Part shown: one piece after another, positions 16,031-25,228 of the stretch | Position numbering within the stretch: position 1 is the first letter of the stretch | How the letters are laid out: each line of letters starts with the position of its first letter | Assembly (NCBI GenBank): GCA_964545125.1 | Contig: CAZJEP010000005.1 | Span: 1,447-65,446 of the forward strand | DNA from: an uncultured Gammaproteobacteria bacterium | GTDB lineage: Bacteria; Patescibacteriota; Patescibacteriia; Patescibacteriales; Patescibacteriaceae | DNA length: 64,000 nt | Direction of reading: 5' to 3' | Position numbers and translations under genes: made by a program | Notes under the pieces: model-generated | The model's database searches: none | Told to the model about the DNA's origin: nothing | What the model saw: only the letters and a program-made list of their open reading frames with translations

Positions 16031-16229
16031 ATGTTTAATATAAATGCGAATCCACGAATTAAATCGCGAATACCTCGAAATAAATTTACTTTGTTAAACA
16101 TCATTCCCGTCTTTTGATGGAAAATTTAACGTGGTGAATACGCCCCTGACCCATCTCTTGAGGGGAATTTGCATATTCGTAACCTTTTGTAGTATTCGAA
16201 TGCTCTTTCATAGTTTCGGATTAAGGCTA

Positions 16230-18161
16230 TTATGCAAAGTTTAGTTGTTTTTTATCTTGACGTTCATTGATGGTGGCCATTTCGGCGGCAAATTCTTTTT
16301 TGGCTTCTTCAATTTCCAAAAGTTGGCGCGGATCGGAAGTGATTAGTTGGTCTTCGGTATAAGAAGCCACTACTTTAATAGCGGCATGTTTATTGCCGGC
16401 AAAAAAGATACCTTCACCCAAGCCACACTCCAACAATAAATATTTTTCTCCTTCGGTCAGCAAAAAAGTTTTTTCCACCAAATCAATAGCGGCCTTAGAT
16501 TGTTTTAAAAGCATTTGCAAGGCAGAGTTATTAACAATGGCTTGACCATAAGGGGAACGCAAAAAGTCGTTGACGTCTTGAGTAATATTAGTTACCCCCA
16601 AATAATATTTACGGCAACGCTTAACCAAAGCAAAAATAAATTTAGCGCTGTCTTCGTGTTGCATCAACCACCAAGCTTCGTCAATCACCAAAATTCTCTT
16701 TTTAATCTTACTACGAACCACGTTCCAAATATAATTAACTACCATATAGATGGCCATCGGTCGTAACTCGTCCTCTAAATCGCGTACCGAGAAAGCCACT
16801 AACTGATTATCCATCTCTACGTTGGTCGGACTGTTAAACAAACCAGCAAAAGTTCCCTGCGTATATTTTCTTAAACGCATAGACAAACTAGCTCCGCCCT
16901 CCATACCTTCTAAAATTTCTTGCAAATCACTCATAATCGGCGGTTCCACTTTGCTTAAATCGCAGTCCGGTGTAATGTCTTTTTTGGCGTAAGTTTCTAG
17001 TAGCGCCCTGTCCATAACCGAATCTTCGTCATAAGTCATGGCACCAATCATAATTTTAATCAAACCCTTAACTGTAATAACGGCGCTGCGAATAATATCT
17101 TCAGTCTTGGTTTGCTCACCTACGGCCCGCGGTAAATCAAAGGGGTTGATTTTGCTTTTAGAGGCTAAAGAAATGTTGATGTAGGTGCCACCGACCGCTT
17201 CAGATAAATGCTTATATTCGTATTCGGGATCGATAATAATTACCTCACAACCAATCATCAAACTACGCAACACTTCTAATTTGACGGCATAACTTTTGCC
17301 GGCGCCGGAGGTGGCAAAAACCACCGAATTAGCATTTTGCAAACTAAACCGATCAAACAAAATCAAACTGTTGTTGTGACGATTAATACCATACAAGATG
17401 CCCTCATCAGAAGTCAGCTCACTAGACACAAAAGGGAAAGACGAAGCTATCGGTGAAGAATTCATATTAAAGGCTACAACCAATTCATCGCGATTTAAGG
17501 GTAAGGTAGAATTAAAACCTTGTTCGGCCTGATAATAAACCCGCTTGGAATAAATCAAACGAGAACCAAAAATATCTTCTACGGTATCAGTTAATTTATC
17601 TAACTCCTCCAAGGCGTCGGCATACAAAGTAACATACAAACAAAATTGAAAAAACTTTTCCGTGCCCTGAGTCAAAGCATCGCGCAAATATTCAATGTCG
17701 CGCAGGGCAGTTTCTCTGATGGGGTCGCGCGCCGCTCCTTTTTCGGCGTCCGAGGCGATTTGCGCCTCAAGATTTCCTGCTTTATTTTTCAATTGCTTTA
17801 AGACTAAAGAAGTTTTAACCGGATAAAAATACATGGCAATATCAAAAGTGGAGTTAAGGTTGATAATCGGAGAAAACCACCCTACGCTGATATAACGAGG
17901 ATAAGTTATAACAAAAACTGTGCGCAAAAACTTTGGCCCAAGTTTAATATGATTAGGAGTAACTTCAAAACTGCTAGGCGCAATTAAATCTTTAATAGAA
18001 ATAATGCCCCGTCGATAAGTCTTTTCTTCCAAAACCAATCGTTCGGTGAGCTGCGCCTCTTTTTCCAATTTTTCCAGGTCGGGTTTTTCTAAAACAAAAC
18101 TCGGCCGTTTAACTTCCGGCTGGTCGGATAATTTTTGATTTTCTTTGTTCAAATCAACCAT
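16230..18161 (-). CDS. virB4: VirB4/TrbE-family type IV secretion ATPase
   Basis: Walker A FATSGAGKSY, Walker B RILVIDEAWWLM, and an N-terminal domain with the ..YPRYISVGWF.. pattern typical of VirB4/TraE proteins. Confidence 0.85.
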   Translation of the reverse strand: MVDLNKENQKLSDQPEVKRPSFVLEKPDLEKLEKEAQLTERLVLEEKTYRRGIISIKDLIAPSSFEVTPNHIKLGPKFLRTVFVITYPRYISVGWFSPIINLNSTFDIAMYFYPVKTSLVLKQLKNKAGNLEAQIASDAEKGAARDPIRETALRDIEYLRDALTQGTEKFFQFCLYVTLYADALEELDKLTDTVEDIFGSRLIYSKRVYYQAEQGFNSTLPLNRDELVVAFNMNSSPIASSFPFVSSELTSDEGILYGINRHNNSLILFDRFSLQNANSVVFATSGAGKSYAVKLEVLRSLMIGCEVIIIDPEYEYKHLSEAVGGTYINISLASKSKINPFDLPRAVGEQTKTEDIIRSAVITVKGLIKIMIGAMTYDEDSVMDRALLETYAKKDITPDCDLSKVEPPIMSDLQEILEGMEGGASLSMRLRKYTQGTFAGLFNSPTNVEMDNQLVAFSVRDLEDELRPMAIYMVVNYIWNVVRSKIKKRILVIDEAWWLMQHEDSAKFIFALVKRCRKYYLGVTNITQDVNDFLRSPYGQAIVNNSALQMLLKQSKAAIDLVEKTFLLTEGEKYLLLECGLGEGIFFAGNKHAAIKVVASYTEDQLITSDPRQLLEIEEAKKEFAAEMATINERQDKKQLNFA

Positions 18162-18200
18162 AATAAAATTAATAATGTAATAACGAAAATTAGCTTTTAC

Positions 18201-18872
18201 TTATTGAGAAACCCGCATGGTATTAACATCTTTTAGGGGTTGGTTGGGAGAAGCTTCAGGGTTATAGATGTTATATAACATTTCTATCAAGGCCTGGGTG
18301 TCCAGCTCCACGACATTTAAACCAATAGAAGCTAAACCGCCCACCACGCTATCTACCCGACGATCCAATTCTTTTTTTAAACGATCAAATTTATCTTGTT
18401 TCATTTTAAGAATTGAAGAGGGACTAAAAATCTCCCCCACCCTAGCTATGAAACTTTTTTTGTCATCAGACATCGGGTTATAAGAAATGATTACATAAAA
18501 CCTTTTATTCATAATCTTGCCCAAGGACACCAATTCGGCCACATAGTCGATATATTCGGCGGTTTGCGCTTTGAGTAATTCGTTAGTCTGAGCTTTCTCT
18601 TTGTCTCGCAGATCATTAAGATAATTTTCAATATTTAATTCTCGAGAATGAATGACCAATTGTAAAGGAAAGCTCAAATTATTCAAAAAACTAACATAAG
18701 CAGCAATAATAGCGTTTTGTTCGTCTTCGTTTTTTAGGGCAAAGTTAATACTAGAAACCATCACAATGGAACGCAAAGTTCCATCATCCATAATAATAGT
18801 ATTATCTCTGATCTCGCTTAAGTTGAGATATTTTTGCGTAGAAGGGATAGAGCTTCTTTTTGAAGGGATCAT
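18201..18872 (-). CDS. T4SS-associated orphan protein without ATPase motifs
   Basis: 223 aa, upstream of virB4. The segment LNLSEIRDNTIIMDDGTLRSIVMVSSINFALKNEDEQNAIIAAYVSFLNNLSFPLQLVI resembles, from memory, the extreme N-terminus of Gram-positive VirB4-like proteins. Confidence 0.35.
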   Translation of the reverse strand: MIPSKRSSIPSTQKYLNLSEIRDNTIIMDDGTLRSIVMVSSINFALKNEDEQNAIIAAYVSFLNNLSFPLQLVIHSRELNIENYLNDLRDKEKAQTNELLKAQTAEYIDYVAELVSLGKIMNKRFYVIISYNPMSDDKKSFIARVGEIFSPSSILKMKQDKFDRLKKELDRRVDSVVGGLASIGLNVVELDTQALIEMLYNIYNPEASPNQPLKDVNTMRVSQ

Positions 18873-18935
18873 AAATAATAAAATAAAATCAAAAGTTAAA
18901 AGTCAAACGGCAAAATTTCAAGTTAAAAATAAAAA

Positions 18936-19326
18936 TTATTTCAATTTATTTTTGAGTTTTATAACTCCAGCTCCTATCATTTTTGCTAATTCTTCCGCTT
19001 CTGTTAATAACTCATTTGTTTTGCGCTCATTCGTTAGCTTAGCATCTCTCAACAAACCCAACCAGTATTTTGTTTCGTTAGCGCTTTTTAATGATATTTC
19101 AAAAAATTTTTTATACTCCAAGCGACTACTGGAAGCTCTTGCTTCAACTATATTAGCGCCAATAGAAGTCGCTGATCTTATTAGAAATCGCTGATCTTAT
19201 TAATTGATCAGAAATAACTTTGGCGCTATTTTTCTTTGGCAAATCATCGAGCAAAGAAATAATTTTTAAACTAAAATAATAGCACCTATACTTAAGTTCA
19301 TTTTTGTCTCTTTTCTCTTCTGGCAC
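18936..19326 (-). pseudogene. four-helix-bundle protein (23S rRNA intervening-sequence protein family) disrupted by a frameshift
   Basis: The downstream part (track ORF 18936-19121) reads EYKKFFEISLKSANETKYWLGLLRD. Removing one 19-bp repeat unit restores ...ISDQLIRSATSIGANIVEARASSSRLEYKKFF..., an ORF of about 111 aa from the GTG at 19326. Confidence 0.75.
19163..19200. repeat. 19-bp tandem duplication (2 units, 1 mismatch) causing the frameshift
   Basis: tagaagtcgctgatcttat (19163-19181) and tagaaatcgctgatcttat (19182-19200). Confidence 0.9.
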
Positions 19327-19383
19327 ACTTTTAATCTTTTATTTTAATTTTTGCCCCTTGAACTTTGAATTTTGATTTAATTG

Positions 19384-19854
19384 TTAGCCCAGCAAATCAT
19401 TAATATTTTTTTCTCGGGTAATACTAATATTGGCGTTTGAATCATCTTCTCCAGAATAATAACCCTTGGTGTCGGCCACTAAGGCTAAGCGGCTTAAGCG
19501 CGAAGAAGAAACTTCTGGTCGAACTAATTCATCCTCCTTGTAGACCGGAACCAAATCCGTAATTTCCGCATCATCAAGCTTGTTCCAAACCCGTAAATTT
19601 TTTCGTTTGAAAGTCTGCAATAGGTTTAATAAAAAATAATGAAAAGGTGCGCCGTTAATTTTAATAAAAGCAAAAGTAAAACCAACCATTACGATAATTA
19701 TAGAAGAAAATAGAAACAAAGAAAAGTCAAAAATTCTATAAGCCAAGAAAACCAAACCAAAATCAACCAGCATGATAATAAATTGGCGCACCGACAAGGG
19801 GCCAATTATTTTGTCTTCCACATCAATAAATTGCGGGACGGTGAATTGCTGCAC
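19384..19854 (-). CDS. PrgI/VirB3-like small two-TM T4SS protein
   Basis: The N-terminus VPQFIDVEDKIIGPLSVRQFIIMLV followed by two TM helices is the PrgI-family pattern. GTG start. Confidence 0.55.
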   Translation of the reverse strand: MQQFTVPQFIDVEDKIIGPLSVRQFIIMLVDFGLVFLAYRIFDFSLFLFSSIIIVMVGFTFAFIKINGAPFHYFLLNLLQTFKRKNLRVWNKLDDAEITDLVPVYKEDELVRPEVSSSRLSRLALVADTKGYYSGEDDSNANISITREKNINDLLG

Positions 19855-19860
19855 AAAATT

Positions 19861-19895
19861 AGGTCTTAGGTCTTAGGTATTAGGTATTAGGGTTT
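19861..19895. repeat. 7-bp tandem repeat (AGGTCTT x2, AGGTATT x2, AGGGTTT)
   Basis: aggtcttaggtcttaggtattaggtattagggttt begins 7 nt upstream of the PrgI-like start codon. Confidence 0.85.
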
Positions 19896-19934
19896 AAAAT
19901 TATTATCTATTCCCCACAACCTTTAACCGACAAC

Positions 19935-21227
19935 CTAATGTATTAATTTATTTATCTCCCGATTAAAGCCCAAAATAGCTTCAAATTCTTCTTTAGTTAA
20001 ATAATCCGGGTTGTCTTTTAGTTTTTTGGCCAAAATATTATCCACACTCTTGCCGGCGTTAATCGCCTCTTGGTAAGCTTCAATATACATACGATTAGTC
20101 GGACTAGCTTTCCAACCTTGGACACCGGCAAATTTTTTGCCATAGTCTTCCTGACCCAGAACTTCTATCTTTTTTTTGATAACTTCCGTGGCTCTGACCG
20201 GATCACTGCTTAAATTACGAAAATTCCTAATGGTCATATACTTTAACTCGTCTACCGGAGTGTAAATCTTGGGATTGGTTTTTATGTCCTCCATTTTTAT
20301 TTTACCGTTTTCGGTGCGCGGTCGATTATCTTTAATAATTTCTCCCTCGACTACGCTCGGGACAGGGCCCTCGATAACTGCTGGTTCAGACTCTTTTTTT
20401 AAATATTCCTCTGTCTCGTTTTTCTGGTTTCCCTTGCCCTGAGCCTGCCGAACGGGTTCGACTGCGTTTCCCTCGACTTCGCTCTGGACAGGCAGGGTAA
20501 GCGGGACAGGCCCCTCGACTACGCTCGGGACAGGCGGTTCTAGGGAGACTGGCGCTGGTTTTTCTTGGTTCTGCCTGGCTTTAATGGCGGCGACCAAATC
20601 ATATTCTACATCGCGAGCAATAGGTGTTTTAACAGCTTCGCCAGACATCCAAGAATTGGGTTGTTTGACGGGCGAAACAATAGGTTCATCTTTGGCTAAA
20701 TTTAAAATGCTTTGCGCCGAATTGATATCAAAACCCAGTCCGCCTAACCCCACTTCTTTTATTAACGATTCTTTGGTGTTGATTTTGTCCCTAATACCCC
20801 GCAAATAGGTGTTCAAAATTTTTCTAAACCTTTCTTCCAGTTCTCGCGAGGCAAAATTAATATTGGCTTTAGCAATAACTTCGGAAATTTTTTTGTCTAG
20901 ATCGGTTAAATGTTTGGCTGACTCATCCAAAACGGTTTGCGACAAATAATCGGTGACAATTTCATTAGCTTGGATGGAAAAAACGCGAAAATTGAGCTCA
21001 TTAGCCAAACTTTGAGCCTGATTAATCGACAAAGAAAATTCTTGACTAATCGTAGTCGCCAAATTATGGCTGGAAATTTCCCCCACCAAAACCCTAATAA
21101 CCAAAGCGCCCAAAACAACCTGATATTTTTTTTCCAACTCCTTAATAGACGCTAACAGTAACGGAGAAGAAAATCTCTGCTTGGTGGCTAGTGGTAATTG
21201 ATTGTATTTTTCTAAATAGCTAAGCAT
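19935..21227 (-). CDS. hypothetical protein with an internal PVPSVVEG repeat region
   Basis: 430-aa ORF. No family recognised. Confidence 0.55.
   Translation of the reverse strand: MLSYLEKYNQLPLATKQRFSSPLLLASIKELEKKYQVVLGALVIRVLVGEISSHNLATTISQEFSLSINQAQSLANELNFRVFSIQANEIVTDYLSQTVLDESAKHLTDLDKKISEVIAKANINFASRELEERFRKILNTYLRGIRDKINTKESLIKEVGLGGLGFDINSAQSILNLAKDEPIVSPVKQPNSWMSGEAVKTPIARDVEYDLVAAIKARQNQEKPAPVSLEPPVPSVVEGPVPLTLPVQSEVEGNAVEPVRQAQGKGNQKNETEEYLKKESEPAVIEGPVPSVVEGEIIKDNRPRTENGKIKMEDIKTNPKIYTPVDELKYMTIRNFRNLSSDPVRATEVIKKKIEVLGQEDYGKKFAGVQGWKASPTNRMYIEAYQEAINAGKSVDNILAKKLKDNPDYLTKEEFEAILGFNREINKLIH
20344..20534. repeat. three copies of a GC-rich 23-mer inside the CDS
   Basis: ccctcgactacgctcgggacagg at 20344-20366 and 20512-20534, and the variant ccctcgacttcgctctggacagg at 20470-20492. 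Confidence 0.85.
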
Positions 21228-21263
21228 AAATTTAAATTACCATTGTGCTTTGGGTCTTATAAT

Positions 21264-22424
21264 TTATCTTTTCAGTTTATCCAGCTCTTCCTCTAGCGCC
21301 AATCTTTCCAAACTGCCCTCGGGATAGCGAGCCAACAGAGTCTGGGTTTCGGTAATCTGTTGCGCTTTCAGCTTGGCTTGCGCTTCTTCCTGATGATTAA
21401 CAGCGGTCGTTTTGGGAAAAATCTTCGGCTTAGTGACTGGAATAACCGGAGCGAATCTGGTTGAATTAGTTTCCTGAGCGCCAACATTTCGACCAAGCGG
21501 TTCTTCAGGAATAGCCACCGGAAAAATCATCCAATGCCTGGGATCGGAACTGGGCAAATTTTCCGGAAAAAATTTCAAGTTGCAATAAACCTGCAAAAGA
21601 TTGCTGAGCAGTTTCTTCTCGTCAAAATCCAAAAATTTGGCGTTGGGAGAATTGGTAACAAAATCAGACAAAGCCACCGCGTCAAACATACCACTACCCT
21701 TTTGCGTTATAAAATAAGACAACCAATTAGCCACCGTGGGGTCGACTTGTCGGCCATCCAAAACCAGGCGCTGACTGGTCAAAGTTTCCTGATTGTTAAG
21801 CAACAAATTAGCTAACTCACCCTGAATCTCCTCGCGAACGTTAAAAATTAAATGAAAAATAAAATCATTGATTTCCGACAAAACTTCGTTATCATTTGAG
21901 CTCAACATTTCCACCAAATTGTTAGCAAAAAATTCTTTAATTTTTTTCTCTCGCTCTTCCCAGTCAACATCTTCATCGTCTTCCGGTTCATCGACAAACT
22001 CCGGCGGTTCAGCCAACTGCTGGGCTACCCATTCGGCTTCCAGAGGAATGGCTCGCTGTTGGATTTCAGCATAACTTTGATATTTAGCCGAATCCCCTCC
22101 CCAAGAACTGATCAGACCGGAAATATCAACGCCCAACCAATCCGCCACCACCAACAAACGGGTGCCGGCAATATCGCAAGCCAGTTGGCGGGCCACCAAA
22201 TCGCTAAAACCAAAAAAGTTTTTGATGGTTTCCACCAAATTAGTCGCCGGAATTTCCTTTAAAAACAGCTGGGCGATTAAATCATAATAAATTCGCAACT
22301 GAGGCAGATTAAACTTATATTTATTGGCAATCAAAACATTGAGCTCGTCAGCTTTAAAAGAATCCAAATAGGCGTAAACTTCCGGGGGCAAATTTTTAGC
22401 CTTGGCTTTAAGGTTATCGTTCAT
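21264..22424 (-). CDS. hypothetical acidic protein
   Basis: 386-aa ORF whose start lies 3 nt from the stop of the upstream gene. Confidence 0.55.
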   Translation of the reverse strand: MNDNLKAKAKNLPPEVYAYLDSFKADELNVLIANKYKFNLPQLRIYYDLIAQLFLKEIPATNLVETIKNFFGFSDLVARQLACDIAGTRLLVVADWLGVDISGLISSWGGDSAKYQSYAEIQQRAIPLEAEWVAQQLAEPPEFVDEPEDDEDVDWEEREKKIKEFFANNLVEMLSSNDNEVLSEINDFIFHLIFNVREEIQGELANLLLNNQETLTSQRLVLDGRQVDPTVANWLSYFITQKGSGMFDAVALSDFVTNSPNAKFLDFDEKKLLSNLLQVYCNLKFFPENLPSSDPRHWMIFPVAIPEEPLGRNVGAQETNSTRFAPVIPVTKPKIFPKTTAVNHQEEAQAKLKAQQITETQTLLARYPEGSLERLALEEELDKLKR

Positions 22425-22427
22425 ATT

Positions 22428-25226
22428 TTAAATTATCTTTTCCAATTTAAGATAGGTTTCTATGGCGTCTTTATTAAGCGGTCCGGCGCCCTGCTCTTTT
22501 TGCGCCAAATTTCTCAAACCATTTAAAGTTTCTTTGCTTAAATCATTGGCTTGACCAAGTTTGCCAGAACCGGAAACTCCGGCCTCCCTCAAAACGTTTT
22601 TGATCATTTCGTTGTCTCTAGCTTTTGACAAATCGGCATCAAGGTCATTGTAAATATTTATTATTTTGGGTGATTCCGGATCAAAATTTTTGGTCTTTTC
22701 TACGGCAATCATTCTGGCTAAGTCAGGATTATTGCCACTTCTTTCCAGAGTTTTCAACCGGTCGGCGCTGGTGCTCTCAGCGATAACTTTAAGAGCTTCC
22801 GGACTAAGCTTATCGGAATTGATATTTCCTAGTTGCTTGGCCGAGGCCTTGGTGGCGTATTTCTCCAGATCGGCCACGTCAAGTTTTCCGTCAAGACCAG
22901 TAAAAGCTTTGGTGGCATCACCATTTAAATCCAAATTCAGACTGTCGGCCCGCAAATAAGTTAAATTTCCTTGGGCCTTCTTAATTTCGTCGGTATAATG
23001 ATCAATAACCTGCTGATTAGCCTCATCAGGATGATCTTGTTGAGCAACTTTAGCCAAATCAAGCTGATTTTTGGCATTAAGTAATTTTTCTTCTTCTCGA
23101 TGTGCCAACTCTCCCAAAGCCTCTGATAACTGTCCAGCTTGTTTAGGGTCACCATCTTTGTCTTTTTTGCTAAGAGCACTACTCCAACGTTCTTTTTTCA
23201 AAGCCTCTCTAAAGGCTTCGGTAAAATTAGCCAAATTCCTTCTATCCGCCTCAACCCCGACCTGCCCTCGAAGATTAGTTTGGGAATTAAGGTCAAAAGT
23301 GGAAAGATTTTGCTTGTCAAAATCTATCTTGTTTTTTTCAATCAGCTTCTTGAGGGCGGCTTTTTGATCAGCATTGGTCAAGTCAAACAGCAGTTCGGCT
23401 TGTTTTTCTTGGGTGGCACTTCGTAAGGCTTTGAGTTGGGCAGGGTTATTGGCAAAAAGTTCTTGCGCCTTATTAAAGGATTCTTTAGCGGTGGTTGACT
23501 CTAAATTTTTAAATTCACCTTTAGCGGCCAAAGCGGCATAGATACCTTTTAATTTACTTTTATCAGTGGTGCCACCAAGCAAGGAATGAAGCTCTTCGCT
23601 GCTCATATTCTTGTAAGGCGACATTAATTCTTCATATTCCTTGTTGGCCCGTTCTGTTTGAGCCACATCCTTGGCTGTGCCGAATTTACTGGCGTGCATA
23701 GCTTGGGCAAATTTATAACCAAAGCTACCAGGTACATAAGCTTTCAATTTAGACACAGCGCCAGTGTCACTAACCATGGTTCCGTCGTTCCTATTTTTAT
23801 CATATTTATACATAACATCGCCTTCTTTGTGGGCTCCGGTAACGGTCGCGGCCAAGCGTTGTTGAGTGACTGCTCGATTAAATTTGTTTTTGGTTAGTTT
23901 ATTAAAATTATCTTTCAAACCCTGTTTGGTCATTAAATTATTATACACAGCGCCGGCGCCCCTAGTGACAAACCCGGGTCTATCTCCGTATTCTCTGCCA
24001 AAAGCTTTAACTAAATTTCGCGAAGCTCTGTAGTCAACGGCCTTAGCCAAACCCAAACCGCCTCGTCCAACAGCTTTGGTGCCTTTCCAAGCGGCTCGAC
24101 CCGTGGCTTTGGTGGCTCCGACGGCCCCCCGCTTGGCTAAACCAAGACTCTTTCTCTTGGCCCAACCTGCTCCGCTTTGTAAGCGAGCCATGGCCGTGCC
24201 AGCCGTAGCGCCAGCCACCCCGCCAAAAGACTTGGCCACTATCAAACCGCCAAGCAACAAACCAATAGAAACAGCGAAACGCATTAAATGTTCGGTGGTG
24301 CCGACATCAGTGAGACCGACACGTGGACCGCCACTGGGAGTATTAAAACCGACGCCGTTAAGCAAACTGGAAGCGCTATTAAATTGACCCAAAGTAGCCA
24401 AAGACAACCAGATAAAAAAAGCTAAAATCGGACCGACAATTAAATTATTGGAAAACTGTTTCCACCAATTAGTGGTAACACCTCTAGTTAGGGGCGCCAC
24501 CGACCCCAAATAAGACAAGGGCGAAAGAATGATAAGAATCCACAGCATAACAACCCGATAAACCAAGGTTATCAACAAGGCAAACATCACCACCAGCATC
24601 ACAATAACATAAAGAAGGGCCACAATATAAGAAGCTACAACCCCCCAAAAATCATAACTACCCTGTTGCTGTCGGAGATTTTCCCAATCGGTGGCACTCA
24701 TAGAAAACAATTTATCCATACCCAGCAAAAAAACGAAATTATTGCCACCAACACCCTTAAAACCATTAACAAAAGTCAACATAATCACCTGAACAAAATC
24801 AATCAACACCCCGCAAATCATTTTGGAAAAATTAATAAGAATAGCAAAAATAATCACCCGCTTCAAAAGCTGTTTAATGCTATAATCTCGAATATGAAGA
24901 ATGGTGGCAAAAGCGATAATCAGCAAAATCAAAATAAAAAACATGTTGGACAAATCTCTGACAATTCCCCAACCCAAGACCACCGCCGGCATAGTAATAA
25001 AGCCGTTGTATTGAGCTACTTCGACCAAAACATTGATAACAATCAAAATTAATTGCCCAAGAGCCAAAATCAAAGCTACAATAATACTACCGATAACACT
25101 CAAAACGGCGTCAGTTATGTCGGAGGCTAGCGCAAAATGAGCCGGCACAACAAAAATTACCAACAGCATCAAAGCTAGGGCCAGGAATTTTTTGGGTTTA
25201 AAAAATTTAGCTACGCGTCTTAACAT
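22428..25226 (-). CDS. polytopic VirB6/TrbL-like membrane protein with a long Gly/Ala/Lys-rich and helical C-terminal extension
   Basis: At least 8 hydrophobic helices in the first 380 aa or so. These are followed by GGVAGATAGTAMARLQSGAGWAKRKSLGLAKRGAVGATKATGRAAWKGTKAVGRGG and then about 520 aa of K/E/A/L-rich sequence. Start trimmed to the ATG at 25226 (MLRRVAKFF). Confidence 0.5.
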   Translation of the reverse strand: MLRRVAKFFKPKKFLALALMLLVIFVVPAHFALASDITDAVLSVIGSIIVALILALGQLILIVINVLVEVAQYNGFITMPAVVLGWGIVRDLSNMFFILILLIIAFATILHIRDYSIKQLLKRVIIFAILINFSKMICGVLIDFVQVIMLTFVNGFKGVGGNNFVFLLGMDKLFSMSATDWENLRQQQGSYDFWGVVASYIVALLYVIVMLVVMFALLITLVYRVVMLWILIILSPLSYLGSVAPLTRGVTTNWWKQFSNNLIVGPILAFFIWLSLATLGQFNSASSLLNGVGFNTPSGGPRVGLTDVGTTEHLMRFAVSIGLLLGGLIVAKSFGGVAGATAGTAMARLQSGAGWAKRKSLGLAKRGAVGATKATGRAAWKGTKAVGRGGLGLAKAVDYRASRNLVKAFGREYGDRPGFVTRGAGAVYNNLMTKQGLKDNFNKLTKNKFNRAVTQQRLAATVTGAHKEGDVMYKYDKNRNDGTMVSDTGAVSKLKAYVPGSFGYKFAQAMHASKFGTAKDVAQTERANKEYEELMSPYKNMSSEELHSLLGGTTDKSKLKGIYAALAAKGEFKNLESTTAKESFNKAQELFANNPAQLKALRSATQEKQAELLFDLTNADQKAALKKLIEKNKIDFDKQNLSTFDLNSQTNLRGQVGVEADRRNLANFTEAFREALKKERWSSALSKKDKDGDPKQAGQLSEALGELAHREEEKLLNAKNQLDLAKVAQQDHPDEANQQVIDHYTDEIKKAQGNLTYLRADSLNLDLNGDATKAFTGLDGKLDVADLEKYATKASAKQLGNINSDKLSPEALKVIAESTSADRLKTLERSGNNPDLARMIAVEKTKNFDPESPKIINIYNDLDADLSKARDNEMIKNVLREAGVSGSGKLGQANDLSKETLNGLRNLAQKEQGAGPLNKDAIETYLKLEKII

Positions 25227-25228
25227 AT

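Noticed and set aside
20344-20534. CRISPR array candidates (the 23-mer repeats here and the 7-bp tandem repeat at 19861-19895)
   Set aside because: The repeats are too short or too few, their spacing is irregular, they lie inside a CDS or a tiny gap, and there are no cas genes. This is not CRISPR.
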